Positions 37,430-49,573 of a stretch of DNA of 64,000 nucleotides are shown one piece after another. The DNA lies in contig MU058423.1 in the NCBI GenBank assembly GCA_013265495.1, positions 323,061 to 387,060 on the forward strand. The letters are read 5' to 3'. The translations under genes were made by a program, and so were the position numbers. Below the pieces are notes generated by a model, which searched no databases, was not told the DNA's origin, and saw only the letters and a list, made by a program, of their open reading frames with translations. Positions within the stretch are counted from its first letter, which is position 1; each line of letters opens with the position of its first letter. Source of the stretch: Vicugna vicugna (lineage: Eukaryota).

Positions 37430-40235
37430 CTCTGAAGGGTGTGGCCAAGATGTTGAAGTCAGAAGATCCGTGCTCCCCTCCTCCATGGGCACGCAACAAC
37501 TACTTACAGAGCAGCTATCAATAAGAATGACCTGAAGACTAGCAGAAATGATCTTCTACAACCAAAGTTGTCAAGAAAGGGGGGGAGGGTATAGCTCATT
37601 GCTACAGTGCATGCTTAGCATCCATGGGGTCCTGGGTTCAATCCCTAGTACCTCCATAAAAATAAATCAACAAATAAATTTAAAAACCTAATTACCTCCA
37701 CCTCAAAAACAAAACAAACAAACAAATAAAAATAAAGAAAGAACCACAAGAGGATGGGTAGGAGGGGCAGAGACACAGTAGAGTCAAGACCCACGTACTC
37801 TGATAGGCGACCCGCAAATGGAAAGATAATGACAATTGCTGAGATTGTCTCCAAGGAACAAGGGGTCCAAGCACCATATCTGGTCTCCCGCCCAGGGGTC
37901 CTGCACTGGGAACACAAGCCCCAAGAAAGGTTGGCTTTAAAGGCAGTGGGGCTTGCTTTTCGGAGAGCCAGAGGGCAGTAGGGAACAGAATTCATTCTTA
38001 AAGGGCACACAGAACATCTCACATGCTCCAAGACGCAGGGCAGAAGCAATCATTTGAAAGGAGCCTGGGTCAGACACACTTGCTAATCTTGGAGAGCCTC
38101 TGGACAATCAACCAGCTGGGTGGTGCAGCCTGACCCACAAGTGGGCTGGCAGCCCTAGACCCGTTGAACCTGCAGCCACCCCAGGATGCAGCTACACTCA
38201 CCAGAGGAGCCAGGACACGGTCCCACCCACCAGTGAGCTGGCACTAGCCATGGGACCCCTGAGACCTTGCAGCCAGCTCTTGGCACCTGGCCCTGCCCAC
38301 CAGCAGGCTGACACCAATTCTGAGACTCAGCCTTACACACCAGTGGGCTGACCCTAGCCCTAGGACCCCCTGGGCCTCCACAGCCAGCCACCTTGTGACC
38401 TGGCCCTGCCACAAGTGGGCCCGTACCAGGACTGGGACTCCCCAGGCCATGCAGTAGCTGGGCTAGGACCCAGCCCTGACCACCAGCAGCTGGAAGCCTC
38501 TGCACTAGGCAGAGCCTGACAATCAACCGGGCCAGGATCCAGCCATGCCTACCAGCACACTCATAGTAGTCAGCGCACCACAACAGAAGAAGCCAAGAAG
38601 CTCACACAGAGGGCACCCCTAGGGCATATAGCTCTGCAGGCCAGAAGGGAGTGGCACGCTATGTTTAAAGTGCCTGATGAAAGGGAGAAAACTATAACCA
38701 AGAATACTCTACCAAGCAAGGCTATTCAGCTTTGAAGGAGTGAGCACCTAAATGTAAGATTGGAAACCATGAAACTCCCCCAAAAAACATAGGCAGAACA
38801 CTCTTGGACACAAATTACTCTTTGACACAAATTGTAGCAATATTTCTCTGTATCTTTCTCCTAAGACACAGGAAAGAAAAGCAAAAAAAACCCAAACAGG
38901 TCCTAATTAAATTTAAAAGCTTTTGCACAGCGAAAGAAACCATCAACAAAACAAAAAGACAACCTACTGAATGGGAGAAGATATTCACAAATATGACCAT
39001 TAAGGGGTTAATACCCAATATATTTAAACAGCTGATACAGCTCAAAATGAAAAAAACAAACAACCTGATTTAAAAAATGGGCAGAAGACCTAAACAGACA
39101 TTTTTCCAAAGAAGACATATCAATGGCCAACAGGCGCAGGAAAAGATGCTCAACATTGTTAATCCTCAGAGAAATGCAAAACAAAACCACAATAGGCCAT
39201 CACCTCAAACATGTCAGAATGGCTACCACCAAAAAACCCATAAATAGCAAATGTTGGTGAGGATGTGGAGAGAAGGGAACCCTTGTACACTGTTGTTGGG
39301 AATGTAAATTGGTGCAGCCACTATGGAAAACAGTGTGGAGGTTTCTCAAGAAAACTAAAAATAGAACTACCTTACAATCTAACCAGTTCCACTCCTGGGT
39401 ATTTATCCAAAACAAACAAAACAAAACCAAAAACACTAACTCGAAAAGATATATGCATCCTTATATTCATTGCAGCACTACTTACAATAGCCAAATACGG
39501 TATGATAGCACTTATATGTGGAATCTAAAACCAAAACAAATGAACAACCGTAACAAAACAGAAACAGAGTCATAGATACAGAGAACAAATGAGTGGTTGC
39601 CAGGGGGGGGATAGGAGTGGGGTGATGAGAGAAATAGGTGAGGAAGATTAAGAGGCACCAACTTCCAGTTACAAAATAAACAAGTGTGGGATGAAATGTA
39701 CAGTGTTGGGAATATAGTCAGTGATTATGTAATGTCTTTTTATGGTGACAGATGGTAACCAGTCTTATTGTGGTGATCATTTTGAAATGTACAGAAATAT
39801 CAAATCACTATGTTGTGCACCAGGAACTAAGTGTTGTCAGTCGATTATACTTCAAAAACAAACAAACTCATAGAAAAAGAGACCAAATTTGTGGTTATCA
39901 GAGGTGAGGGTGGTGGAGGGGGATTAAAGGAAGGTGGACAAGGTACAAGCTTCCAGTTATAAGATAACTAAATACTAGGGATGCAGTGTACAACATGGTA
40001 AGTTAACACTGCTGTATGTTATATATGAAAGTTAAGAGTAAATATTAAGAGTTCTCATCACAAGAAAAAAACTTTTTTTCTATTTAATTTTGTGTCTATA
40101 TGAGCTGATGGAAGTTCATTAAATTTACTGTGGTAATCATTTAATGATGTATATAAGTCAAATCATTATGCTGTACAACTTAAGCTTACATAGTGCTGTA
40201 TGTCAATTATATGTCAATAAAACTGGAAGAAAAAA
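37430..40235 (+). mobile_element. Internally deleted L1: 5'UTR with GC-rich subrepeats, ORF2 3' end, and two tandem 3'UTR segments
   Basis: gtggccaagatg start; ORF2 C-terminal peptides ([38 protein letters not shown]); 3'UTRs ending at ~39860 and ~40232 in A-rich tails. Confidence 0.85.
37579..37740 (+). mobile_element. tRNA-Ala-derived SINE (camelid Vic-1-like) inserted in the L1 5'UTR
   Basis: ggggagggtatagctca...catgcttagcat...ggtcctgggttcaatccctagtacctcca, then an A-rich body (aaacctaattacctcc) and tail. Confidence 0.85.
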
Positions 40236-40789
40236 ACCACAGGCAAGACCCCAGGATACTATGGTGTATTTCAGAATGGTTACTTTCCCCCTCACTGTGC
40301 TGGAACCATGGGAAGATTTTTCTTCAGTGTTCACTGTGAGGACCTGGTGGAGCTCCTAAAAATAAAACTCACACCAGGACCACTAGCAGAAACTCCACTA
40401 TACTTGAAAGTGACTGCAAACCACTTAAATATATTTTACTCAAAAACAGTCCCTTACTCAACTCATCATTAGCTGAATTCCCAAAATGCTGTGGCCAGCA
40501 TGGGGGAGAGTGGGCTATAGATGCCAGAGTGAAAAGAAACAGCAGTCTAAACTGATTACAGTCAAAATATCTTACTTTTGTAAGTTTTAAAAAATGTATG
40601 ACCATATGAACACATTGCTTGGGCCCGTCAGGTTTGAAGGGGCTGTGCCAGTGACGGTCCTTGAAGGCAAAACTTCGTGGTAAATCTGCCTCTGCTCATG
40701 ATGCCTCTTCAATTCAGGCTCCCAGTGGTCCACCCGGGCAGACCTTGCCCTTTCCTGAGCCTGTTAACTTCTCCAGATCCATACTCCCA

Positions 40790-41125
40790 CCCAGACCTCT
40801 CACCATGCCGAGCTTGCGCACTGCGTGTGTTATTCCAATTACCTGGAATACCCTTCATCACCTTCTGCTCCTGGGAGCATCTACCCTTCCTTCAAGACCA
40901 GGACAAGTATCATTTCCTCTATGAGACCATTCCTGACTCCACTGGGGATTAACTGTGCCTCCACAGCACATATATATTTACTACAGTCCACATAATACCG
41001 TGTTTCATAGTGTCTCTTCCACCGGCATTTAAAGCCCCGAAGCCCCTTTATTTCCGATCCCAGTGCCTCAGTCAGTAAGTGGCAGCTAGTAGGAGCTACG
41101 GTATGGATGTTCGAACGAATGAACT
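40790..41125 (+). mobile_element. L2 3' fragment
   Basis: cctggaatacccttc...tccttcaagaccagg...cccagtgcct...gtggcagctagtaggagct...gaacgaatgaa. Confidence 0.6.
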
Positions 41126-41439
41126 CCCTTTGTTCTCCCACAGAGTGCTGGCTCTTGCTCACTTACTTGGCTTATTAAGGGTTTTGTTTTTGTTTTTTCC
41201 AGCATCAGCAGTATAGGAGGAACAAGACGCTTTTGAAGCATAGTTAAATGGACGAATGAATATAAAATAAACGTTGGTAGAGTCATCCCGATCCCTGTGT
41301 AACAAATAGTTACGGATCACCTGTGTTGGCTGGTCACTGTTCCAGGAGCTAAATAACACTAATATCCCTCACTTGCTGAGTGCTTATTTACGCCCTAACT
41401 AGTTTGGAGTCTTAGATTTGCTCATTGCAGGCTCCCAAT

Positions 41440-41820
41440 AACCCTGGGAGGCGGTTTCTGTTCTTCTCTTCCCTTTGCCAGCAGAGGCTGCCATCCGTGC
41501 CTGAGGCAGGGACTGTGGCTGTGCCTCGGCCTTCGCCGACAGGGAGGCGGCCGAGAGCGGACCTGGAGAGGGGACGCATCCCTGCGCACGCCCGCGAATC
41601 AGAAGTAGGTCCCTCCCCGACTGCAGACCGTCCTTTCCCAGGGAGGTGGGTGTGAGGCCAGACCTCGGTGCACGGAGAATCACAGCGACGGGAACACCAG
41701 GGGGCGCAAGCAACTCAGCTTTCTGACCACGGGCGCTGCCCTGCGGGGGAAGCTCACAGCTTCCCCTCTGGACGCGCAGCCCTGGGGCCCCGCTTTCTCC
41801 CGCTGCGTCTTTCCACAAAG
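41440..41820. promoter_or_regulatory. Small intergenic CpG-rich patch with a CTCF-like motif (41694-41707)
   Basis: Local CpG enrichment; ACACCAGGGGGCGC is one mismatch from the CTCF core CCACCAGGGGGCGC. Confidence 0.6.
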
Positions 41821-41822
41821 GG

Positions 41823-41995
41823 TGCAGTAATCTGCTGACTGCTCACCATGTGCCAGGCCTTTGCCTGCTTTATCTCATTTAACTCTCACAAAGCCCTAAG
41901 AGGGAGGGTCTTGTGTTTTCATTACCCTGATGCTGAAATGAAGGCTAGCGAGGTTGACTGTCCAAGGTTACACGGAGAGAGGCAAAGTCCTTATT
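41823..41995 (-). mobile_element. MIR SINE
   Basis: ccatgtgccaggc...tatctcatttaactctcacaaagccctaagagg...gatgctgaaatgaaggct...tgtccaaggttacac. Confidence 0.75.
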
Positions 41996-43964
41996 CTGAA
42001 CAAATTTTCTTGCTCCTCCTTTTGCATCTCGGTGTCCCCCATACATAGAGAACACACATGCCCCTATCAACGCAAGCCAATATCCTTCTCCCTTCTGTTG
42101 ATTTAAATCCGGTGTCTCTAGAACCACAGATTTCCCTGCTCTGCTAATCTCTCAGGCCCTCGAGGCCCCCTCAGGCACTGGGGGCACCTGCGGCATCAAG
42201 CCCAGCACTGCCCTGAGACGCCACATCTGCAAGGCTTGTGCCCCGTCAGAGTGTGAATCCCAGCCTTCAGCATTAGGCCTCACACAGAGTCAGTGCTTAA
42301 TAAACGTACACTGAATAGGTGACAGGAAGGCACAGCAAATGGCGCGCACACGTGTGTGTGTGTGTGTCCTCCTCCGTATAGCCCAGGGCCTGCACAGAGC
42401 CAGCAACAACAAACAGCGGTCGGAAATATGTGAAAGAGGATCTAACAGTTTAACATTTCTGTTTTGTTCTACCTCCTTTCTGTTTGTATCCAGCTGGGGC
42501 TGCAACCTCCCAGAAGGTAAGGATGAGGAATGTGGGCGTGTGTGGGGGTGGGGTATTGGGGAATGGAGGAGGCACAGGGCAGGGAGCAGAGCTTTCCCAT
42601 GGCGAGAATAAGGCTCACATAGAGAATGAGGGAGAGAGAGAGATGCCAAGATCTGAGTTAGAGCAGAAGGAAAACGAGCCCTGAATAGGAGCCTTGTGTG
42701 TGGCCCTGTGGTGCTGACTCACCCAGACTCAGGAGAGGAAAACACACTAGGGATGAAGAAGGGGCCCGTATGCTGTGGCCACCACCCTCCCACCCTGAGG
42801 ACACCCTGTCTGCTCTGAGGCCCGAACGGCCCTGCAAGGCTTTGATTTGGGTTGGGTGGGCTGGGGGAGCTGGGGGAAGTAGGGGTGGGCACCACAGAGA
42901 AGGGAGATGGGTAAGCCTTTTGAGAAAGCATAAGACCCTTCCTGGGAGAGCTGTGGGTTTGAGTTCAGGTGGGGAAGGAGGAGCACAGCGAGGAGGTGGC
43001 TCTCCCCACCTTCCCGCATTCAGCTGCCCCTTCCCCATGGGCAGGTGTGGCAGGTCAGACGCACAAGCAGGGAGGGGATAGATGCTCAGGGTTTCAGTGG
43101 CTTCTTGTCCACACCTGAGGAGCAAGACATGCCTATGAGTAAGTGCCTCCCAGAGCTGATGCTGCAGATCAAGGCACCATCCTCCCCACTCCCAGCCTCA
43201 CCATAGACATCACACTGATTCAGGGACACGACGACAGGATTTTTGTGGCCACCAGTATGGCAGGCAGGTAGGCAGCCCTAGGCCAGCAGGCAGAGGGCAA
43301 GGCCTGGGATATGGAGCAGCCCAGGTGAGAAAGATCAAAAGTCAGACTTTGTAGAGAAGCAGGTGAGGGGAGGACAGGGTGCCTGAGGGAGCAGCCAGGG
43401 CTGGGCTAGGAATTCTGGTCTCAGTTCAGCTCAAGGAGAAGCAGGGGGCTGAAGCAGAAAGAGGGAGCCAGACTGACTTTCAGCCAGGCCTATTCTCCTC
43501 CCAGCACAAGGCAGCTAGAATCAAGGGCCTTAAAGCTTCCCCCTCACTCTTTGGTGACTCCACATGTGTAGGCAATTGTCCCCCTCCTTTCTCCTGGCTG
43601 ATGCCCCCACTCCCTCAGTGTCCTGTTCCTGCCTGAGAGTCTCAAAAGAAAGCCAACGAACCGGTGGATTCACACTTAGGTGTATGACTGACGACGATAA
43701 GCTAATATTTTGAACTCCCCAAATGTATCATTCGTTTTGACTCCAGTATGGCCACTGGAAGGAGAGTGGACTTAAGGCCAAATGACAGTCTGAATCCCAG
43801 CAGTGCCACTGAGTCTCAGCCCTGCTCCACTGTAGGACCTTGAGTCATGGGCTGTGCCTCGCTGGGCCTTCATTAGTTGTGTTGATTAAATGAAGTCACA
43901 GATGTGATATACTTGGTGAGAGCTTGACACCAAATAAAATACTTAGAAAATGTGTCTGCCCACC

Positions 43965-44415
43965 TTTAGAGGATGTAATCATGAGCCGAAGGAACAGGGT
44001 CGACTCTGAGAGACCAAGGTGCAGGAGGCGTACCAGAGAGTACCCTGCGCTCTGCAGGAAGGACGGGACGAGGGGAGGGCCAGGATGGGACTGGACGGAG
44101 GGGAGGGCCAGGAAAGATAAACTGCAGCTCCATCTCAGCAGAGGGCTCAGCTAGCCCTCAGGGGGTTTGGTTGTGAAGCTGGGGTGACCCTCTAGATCTG
44201 CGACAAGGAGGCCAGGCCTTTATACTCCATGTCGATCCGTCTTCAGATATGAACTGCCCATGGGCGGAGACGTGACCGTGGTCAAACTGCTTTCTTTCAG
44301 TTAAGGCAATTCCCAGAAAGGGCTTATAGCCAACGGCTGTTCCCTGTCAGCATTTCCTGTAGCAAGGGAGAGAAATCCTTCATTCCTGAAGGGGGACCTG
44401 AGTGTCTGCCACGCT
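43965..44415. mobile_element. MaLR (MLT1-like) solo LTR
   Basis: ggctcagctagccctcaggggg...ggccaggcctttatactcc...gtgaccgtggtc...gttaaggcaattccc resembles an antisense MLT1. Confidence 0.55.
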
Positions 44416-45287
44416 GAGTGCGTAGGACTCTTGTCCTATTAAGGAGGTGACTCCCCAGGGAGAAGGCCAATCTTGTTGCGCCACTTCCCAGTAATTCCTC
44501 AGAGTGACCACTTCACAGCGGTGTGGGCAGAGCCACGGGACCTTCCCTGCAACCCCCCAGCCTGACAGCAGCACAAACACTCCCACTGCTGGGCAAAAAG
44601 CAGAAGCTGCTTTTCCATCCCTCCCAGGGAATAAGGAGTCACTTGAATGTGTCCCAAGAGGACCCATTTCAATCTTTTCAAAGCTTGATTGTCATTTTTC
44701 TTGCTTATAGAGATTTGGACGGTAGGAGTGGACATTTGTGGGTAATGCAGTATTTTGGCAACAAGGTCCTTGCTCAGCCTGCCTTTTGCAGTTCCTAGGG
44801 CTTCCCTACTGGTTATTTGAGAACGTTTTGCAGAGTGGTGTGGCCTGGGCGCTCCTTCTTACACCAGCCCCGAGCCCCACACTGTCGTCAGTCTTCCTGA
44901 AGCAGGACTCAGCTCTTGGGGCCTTCTTGTGCCTGTCTCTGACCTCATCCCAAGACTAGACAAGCCAACTGAAATGCAAGGCAAACACAGGGAGCCAGTG
45001 CAGAACGCCAGGTAAATAATGTTTTGGAAAGAGAAGACACTTGGTTTTTTTTTTCTAGTTAACTTTTTCCTGCCCACAAAGAGCTGTTTTGGCCAGTACC
45101 ACCTTTAATGAACCTCTATTCAGTTGCCTCTTTTAAATTTTGTGTTAAAATTGTGCTCCCCCCAACCAGATGAGATGAGAGAGAACCCAAGGTTTTCTAT
45201 AATAGCTACTTTGGTTTCTGTCTCATCTTAAATATCTAAGAAACATGAGTTGCTTGAGGAGAATAAGATTAAAGATGTTTTTGTTTT

Positions 45288-45351
45288 TGTTCCATTTACC
45301 TGATTTGATAAAGGTCTCTTGGTTTCCTTTAGGCCCGATAATCCATTCCCG
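45288..45351 (+). other. Sequence resembling the human MIR4256 hairpin locus (seed diverged; not called as a miRNA)
   Basis: tgttccatttacctgatttgataaaggtctcttgg...aggcccgataatccattcc resembles hsa-mir-4256 as recalled, at the expected syntenic position just 3' of CTTNBP2NL. Confidence 0.5.
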
Positions 45352-45419
45352 GGGGCAGGGATGCGTCCGAGGTGGTGGAGGAACCGCAGGGTGTCCTGCC
45401 AGGTTTAAACCTGCCCCAA

Positions 45420-45980
45420 GCCACTGGCTAAGAACCTGCACTTATCCTGAGCCCCACCTTGGCCTAGTGACTCAGAATCTCCAGGGGGAGGGGCCTGGAT
45501 TAGCGTATGAAGTGACTCAGCAGATTCTTATTTGGGAAACAGGTAGTGGAAAGAGCAAAGCACTGGTTTTTAAATCCAGGCCCTGTCACTTAGTAAGGTC
45601 GCTAGTTCGAATCTCTGGTCCTCAACGACCTCAGGCGCACACCGGGGACGATGGACCTCACAGCACCCTCCCGAAGATCAGAAAGGCAACGTGTGTGTGA
45701 GATCATCGACGCGGTGTTTGGAATTTAGATGGGCACTCTTGACTCCGAATATCAGTGACATTCTGGCAAAACAGATTCCAGAGCTTATGACCTCCCCTTA
45801 GGTTAGAGACAAATAAGTCCTCGTGAAGGAACAGGTGAGGGCCATGGGGCGGTATTTATCAAAATGTGACCCTCAGCTCAAGTGCGTCAGCTGGCCCACA
45901 GGCCCAATTCCCAGGACCCCTCATTTTCAGCAGGAGTCCGAGGCTAGACTTAAGCACAGTACAGCCTGAGAACCACTTCC
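45420..45980. mobile_element. MER5-like and MIR fragments
   Basis: gccccacct...actcagaatctccagggg (MER5-like); tttaaatccaggccctgtcacttag (MIR); cctgagaaccact end. Confidence 0.55.
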
Positions 45981-46039
45981 CCAGTCTCCTTTCTCCTCCT
46001 TTGTTTTGAACTGGCCATCAACAGGTGAGCAGGTGAGTG

Positions 46040-49000
46040 AATAGGCTAAGTTTTCTCAACTAGTTTTATAGCAATTAAATTACAATTACTCCTATGGAAC
46101 AAACAATGCTCACTGCCTGCCTCTGACTCACCATTATGAAAACACATCCTATCTTGAAGAGGAATTTCAAAAGACACTTGAAGGTGCTTCAAGGGCTAGG
46201 CACCAGAAGTGCTCTTTATAAACTACATATACAGACACACAAATTGACAAGGCAACACTGCTGACAGTGAGGCTGTTTTGAGAAAAGGGATAAAACCTGA
46301 GTGTTTTGAAATGATCATTAATTGGCTTAAATGCTCGGAACTTCAGATATGTAAACATCCACATGGTCTGAGCATCTTTGGCAACATCAAAGGATTTCCA
46401 AGTGTACTTCTGTCTGGTTACAGCTTGCATTTGCTGACAGTGTAGCAGCAGCAGCACTGGACTAGGAGACAAAGAGATGCTTCAGTCATTTGTAAAAGGA
46501 GAGGGCTGGCCAAGATGAGGCACTCAGAGTACATGATACATGGGTGGCTTCAGGGTCTATGGACACCGCAAAGTCACCAACCAAATTTTACATATAAGTA
46601 CATTTTTTCGGGGATAGAGTCTAGCTGTTCTTAGCTTTTCAAAAGGTCCAGAACCCCCAGATGGTTCAAAAATTACAGACTGGAAGAAATTACAGAATTA
46701 CAGACTATTGTGAAGGCTTCTTCCAGCTCTAAGATTCTAAAGAAAACCACCTTCTTTTGGGGGTCTAACCTGGAAGGGTCACTGACTTTGTTCGATCTTT
46801 TAAAACCAGTGCTCTCGCACACCAATCTGCCCCTCCCCAACAAAACAGGCCCTATTGTGCAACATTCTTCACTGTGTACAAACAAGACTATTTTTTCCCC
46901 AGACAGTATGATTTAACTTGTTTTAATGTAGTCTGTGATAAAAATGGATGAAGACTTCTGCACAGTACATCTGACTTTACAAGTGTTAATGACTAGTTAA
47001 TGCTTGTGTTATGGGTTACACGTCATCATAATCTGTTGACCAAGTAACGTAGCTTTCGCAACATGGGTTAAGACCAAAACTGTGAATCATGGAACTTTTA
47101 CTTAGCACACACACAATCTACAGCAAACTTAAATACTAATCTATAATACCTAACTGGGTTATTGGATCCATTACAGTATTGTGCTTATTCATCTCAGAAG
47201 ATAGGCAACTAGCAAAAATACACATTTCTTTTGCATTTCCCCACCCCCATATTACACTGTAAAAGAAATACATTATTCAGTGCACTTCCTAAGAAATAAA
47301 CTTCCTTTTAGTATCTCTCTCTATATATATCTATGCCAAAACAACAAAAAAAGAGCACAATGCAACTTGTAAGATTACCATTTAAAGCAAGAGAGGTAAT
47401 AACACTCTGGGATTATCGCCCCCTTTCCTGTTTAGAAAGTTCAGCTATTTTATCATCAGCACAGTTCATCTGACTACGGACAGGAATAAATGCATGATTG
47501 CTTTGGACAGTTTAAGATAACCCCTCCATCATTTAGTAGGCATGCTGGGGCATTAATAGCATTTTAATTTTTTTGATGTGTTGGCTTTAGCCAAACCATA
47601 AGCTGTGGAGACACCAATGTACTCCATAGTGACTCACTCCTTGATTTCCATCACCTGCCCTTCCCCCAGCAACTCATATTGGATTAACAGGGAACAGGTT
47701 TAAACTATAGCAGGAGGTTGGGGGCTGCTGGATAGATGTTGGCTAGAATGTATGTGAGGACCAAGGCCTCTCCATCCTTGTGGACACAAAGTCATATAAC
47801 CACCACGTCTGAGCTGGGCTGCAGGCAGTCCTGCTTGGAGGAGGAGGATAGCCCATTATTCTATGTGGTTTGTCGGCTGTGCTAGCCAACAATTTGGGAA
47901 GTCTGCGGGCATTTGTCCTCACAAATTTGCTGTGATGGAAATGACGGAAGGTTCTAGAATGAAAGAGGTTGCAAGTTGGCAGCCTGTGAGCTAAATCCAG
48001 CTGCAGAAGTGTTTGTTCAACCAGAGGTATTGAAGAGTTTTAAAAATCAGTTCTTGGTATCTAAAAATGAGAAAGTTTCTTGTGAAAATTTGGATTTTGA
48101 GGAAATGTGAGGGGCTGGGAACCCCGGTTGAGCATTCTGGCATGGCAACAAGCAGCTGAGGCCCAGCAGGGGTGGCCTTTTCAACAGGGCTTGGGCGCCG
48201 AGGTCTGGGACAACCCCTACTCCTCCCAGCTGTCACACGTCACTGCAGTGAGTGAACTGTGTCACTCATTTATATGACCAGCTTTGTGACACTGCGTTAG
48301 TTTGGCCATGCCTTTTTATGATGCTGAAGACCTGATTTCATTTTGAATTTCCCCCTCCCCATGGACAAGACTCCTCCTTTTGACTGACTGGGTCTCGACT
48401 ACAGCTGGTTGCTTTGGTAGGTAATCTTAACACGCATTTCTGCTCTTCTTTTATGCTGTATTGCAAACTCCAAAATATAATCACACTAATATTCATGTGT
48501 TTAAGTGTGTGTATGTTAAACACGTAATGGGGTGTGTATCTATACAGATATATGTATACTTCCATTTAGGCAAAAGTTAATTTGGTTCCACAGATACAGA
48601 CACCAAGTGCTGGTAACTTGGAGAAGAGTAACGATTAGCTAAAACCTGTATAATTCTGACTCATAATATTACAAAGACAGTGAATTTTAAGTTATTGCTT
48701 TTTGATTACAGACTAAAGATCTCATTCTGTTGCAAAACTTTTATACAGAATGAATAACCATTTCCTATTCAAGTAACAGCAATCGGAATCAGAAGTTCCT
48801 TACACAACAGTAGATGCCTGAAGAAGGAGATGTGATTTTGAAGGAGATGTGATTTCAGTCTATGCAGGAAACTGGGAGTGATGTAAGTTTTCAAAAGTAC
48901 AAGAAAATCAGCACCCCAACTGCTTCACGTCCACGAGGGTTTCTCAAGGGCTCTGTAAAGCTCAGCTCTGTGGTGAGTTCACACCCACCTTTAGGATTCC

Positions 49001-49573
49001 CATTCTGCTTATGCAGCCTTGTTTCTGAACACAAAGCTTGTATTAATAACAGTAAGACAGAATTAAAAGCAGTGTTGGTTTGTAACATTCAGAATTCACA
49101 GAGGATCTCATTTTTTTGCAGTTAAATGATCCATTTTGTGTTTCTGCTGCAGAATCACGTTCATATGGCAGTCTAATTTCAGGCACTTTTAAAACATGTT
49201 CATCTGGAATAAAAATCTCCATGAACCACTTCCACATAATTTAAAATGAATGTTGGGTGATTCTCGTCCCCAAATAGACAGCAAATCACCACCTGGTACT
49301 CAATTAGTTTTCTCCATCATAACATGATGGTGTCTGGAGCTTAGACATCTTTGAGGTGCCCTTCTAGCTTTAGAACAAAGATATGAGTCATAAAAACCCA
49401 AACTACTCAGTTTCTACTTAAAAAAATAGAAAAAGGTGAAATACACTAAATGTATTACTCAGATGGTTTCAGTCACTATCAAAATAAATAACACGATTTG
49501 ACTCAACGGTTTGATTCGGAGCTCCTGGATGAAATCTGATGGAATGTCAAATGTGGAGACTCCCTCCTCGAGA
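46040..49573 (-). other. CTTNBP2NL: CTTNBP2NL 3'UTR (distal end uncertain)
   Basis: Follows the TAG at 49574 and is AT-rich. Candidate variant signals on -: ATTAAA 47563-47568 and 46922-46927, TATAAA 46065-46070. Confidence 0.5.
47964..48312. mobile_element. MER102-like hAT-Charlie element within the CTTNBP2NL 3'UTR
   Basis: ggttgcaagttggcagcctgtgagctaaatccagctgcaga...catggcaaca...cactcattta...agtttggcc. Confidence 0.65.

Noticed and set aside
37582..37656. tRNA-Ala-like sequence
   Set aside because: Mismatched arms and an A-rich SINE body and tail, with sibling copies bearing TSDs: a SINE head, not a tRNA gene.
38120..38570. Spaced imperfect repeats (cc.g.ccaccag..ggct) every ~45-95 bp, superficially CRISPR-like
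   Set aside because: Degenerate units with irregular spacing inside a mammalian L1 5' region; no cas genes; eukaryotic context.
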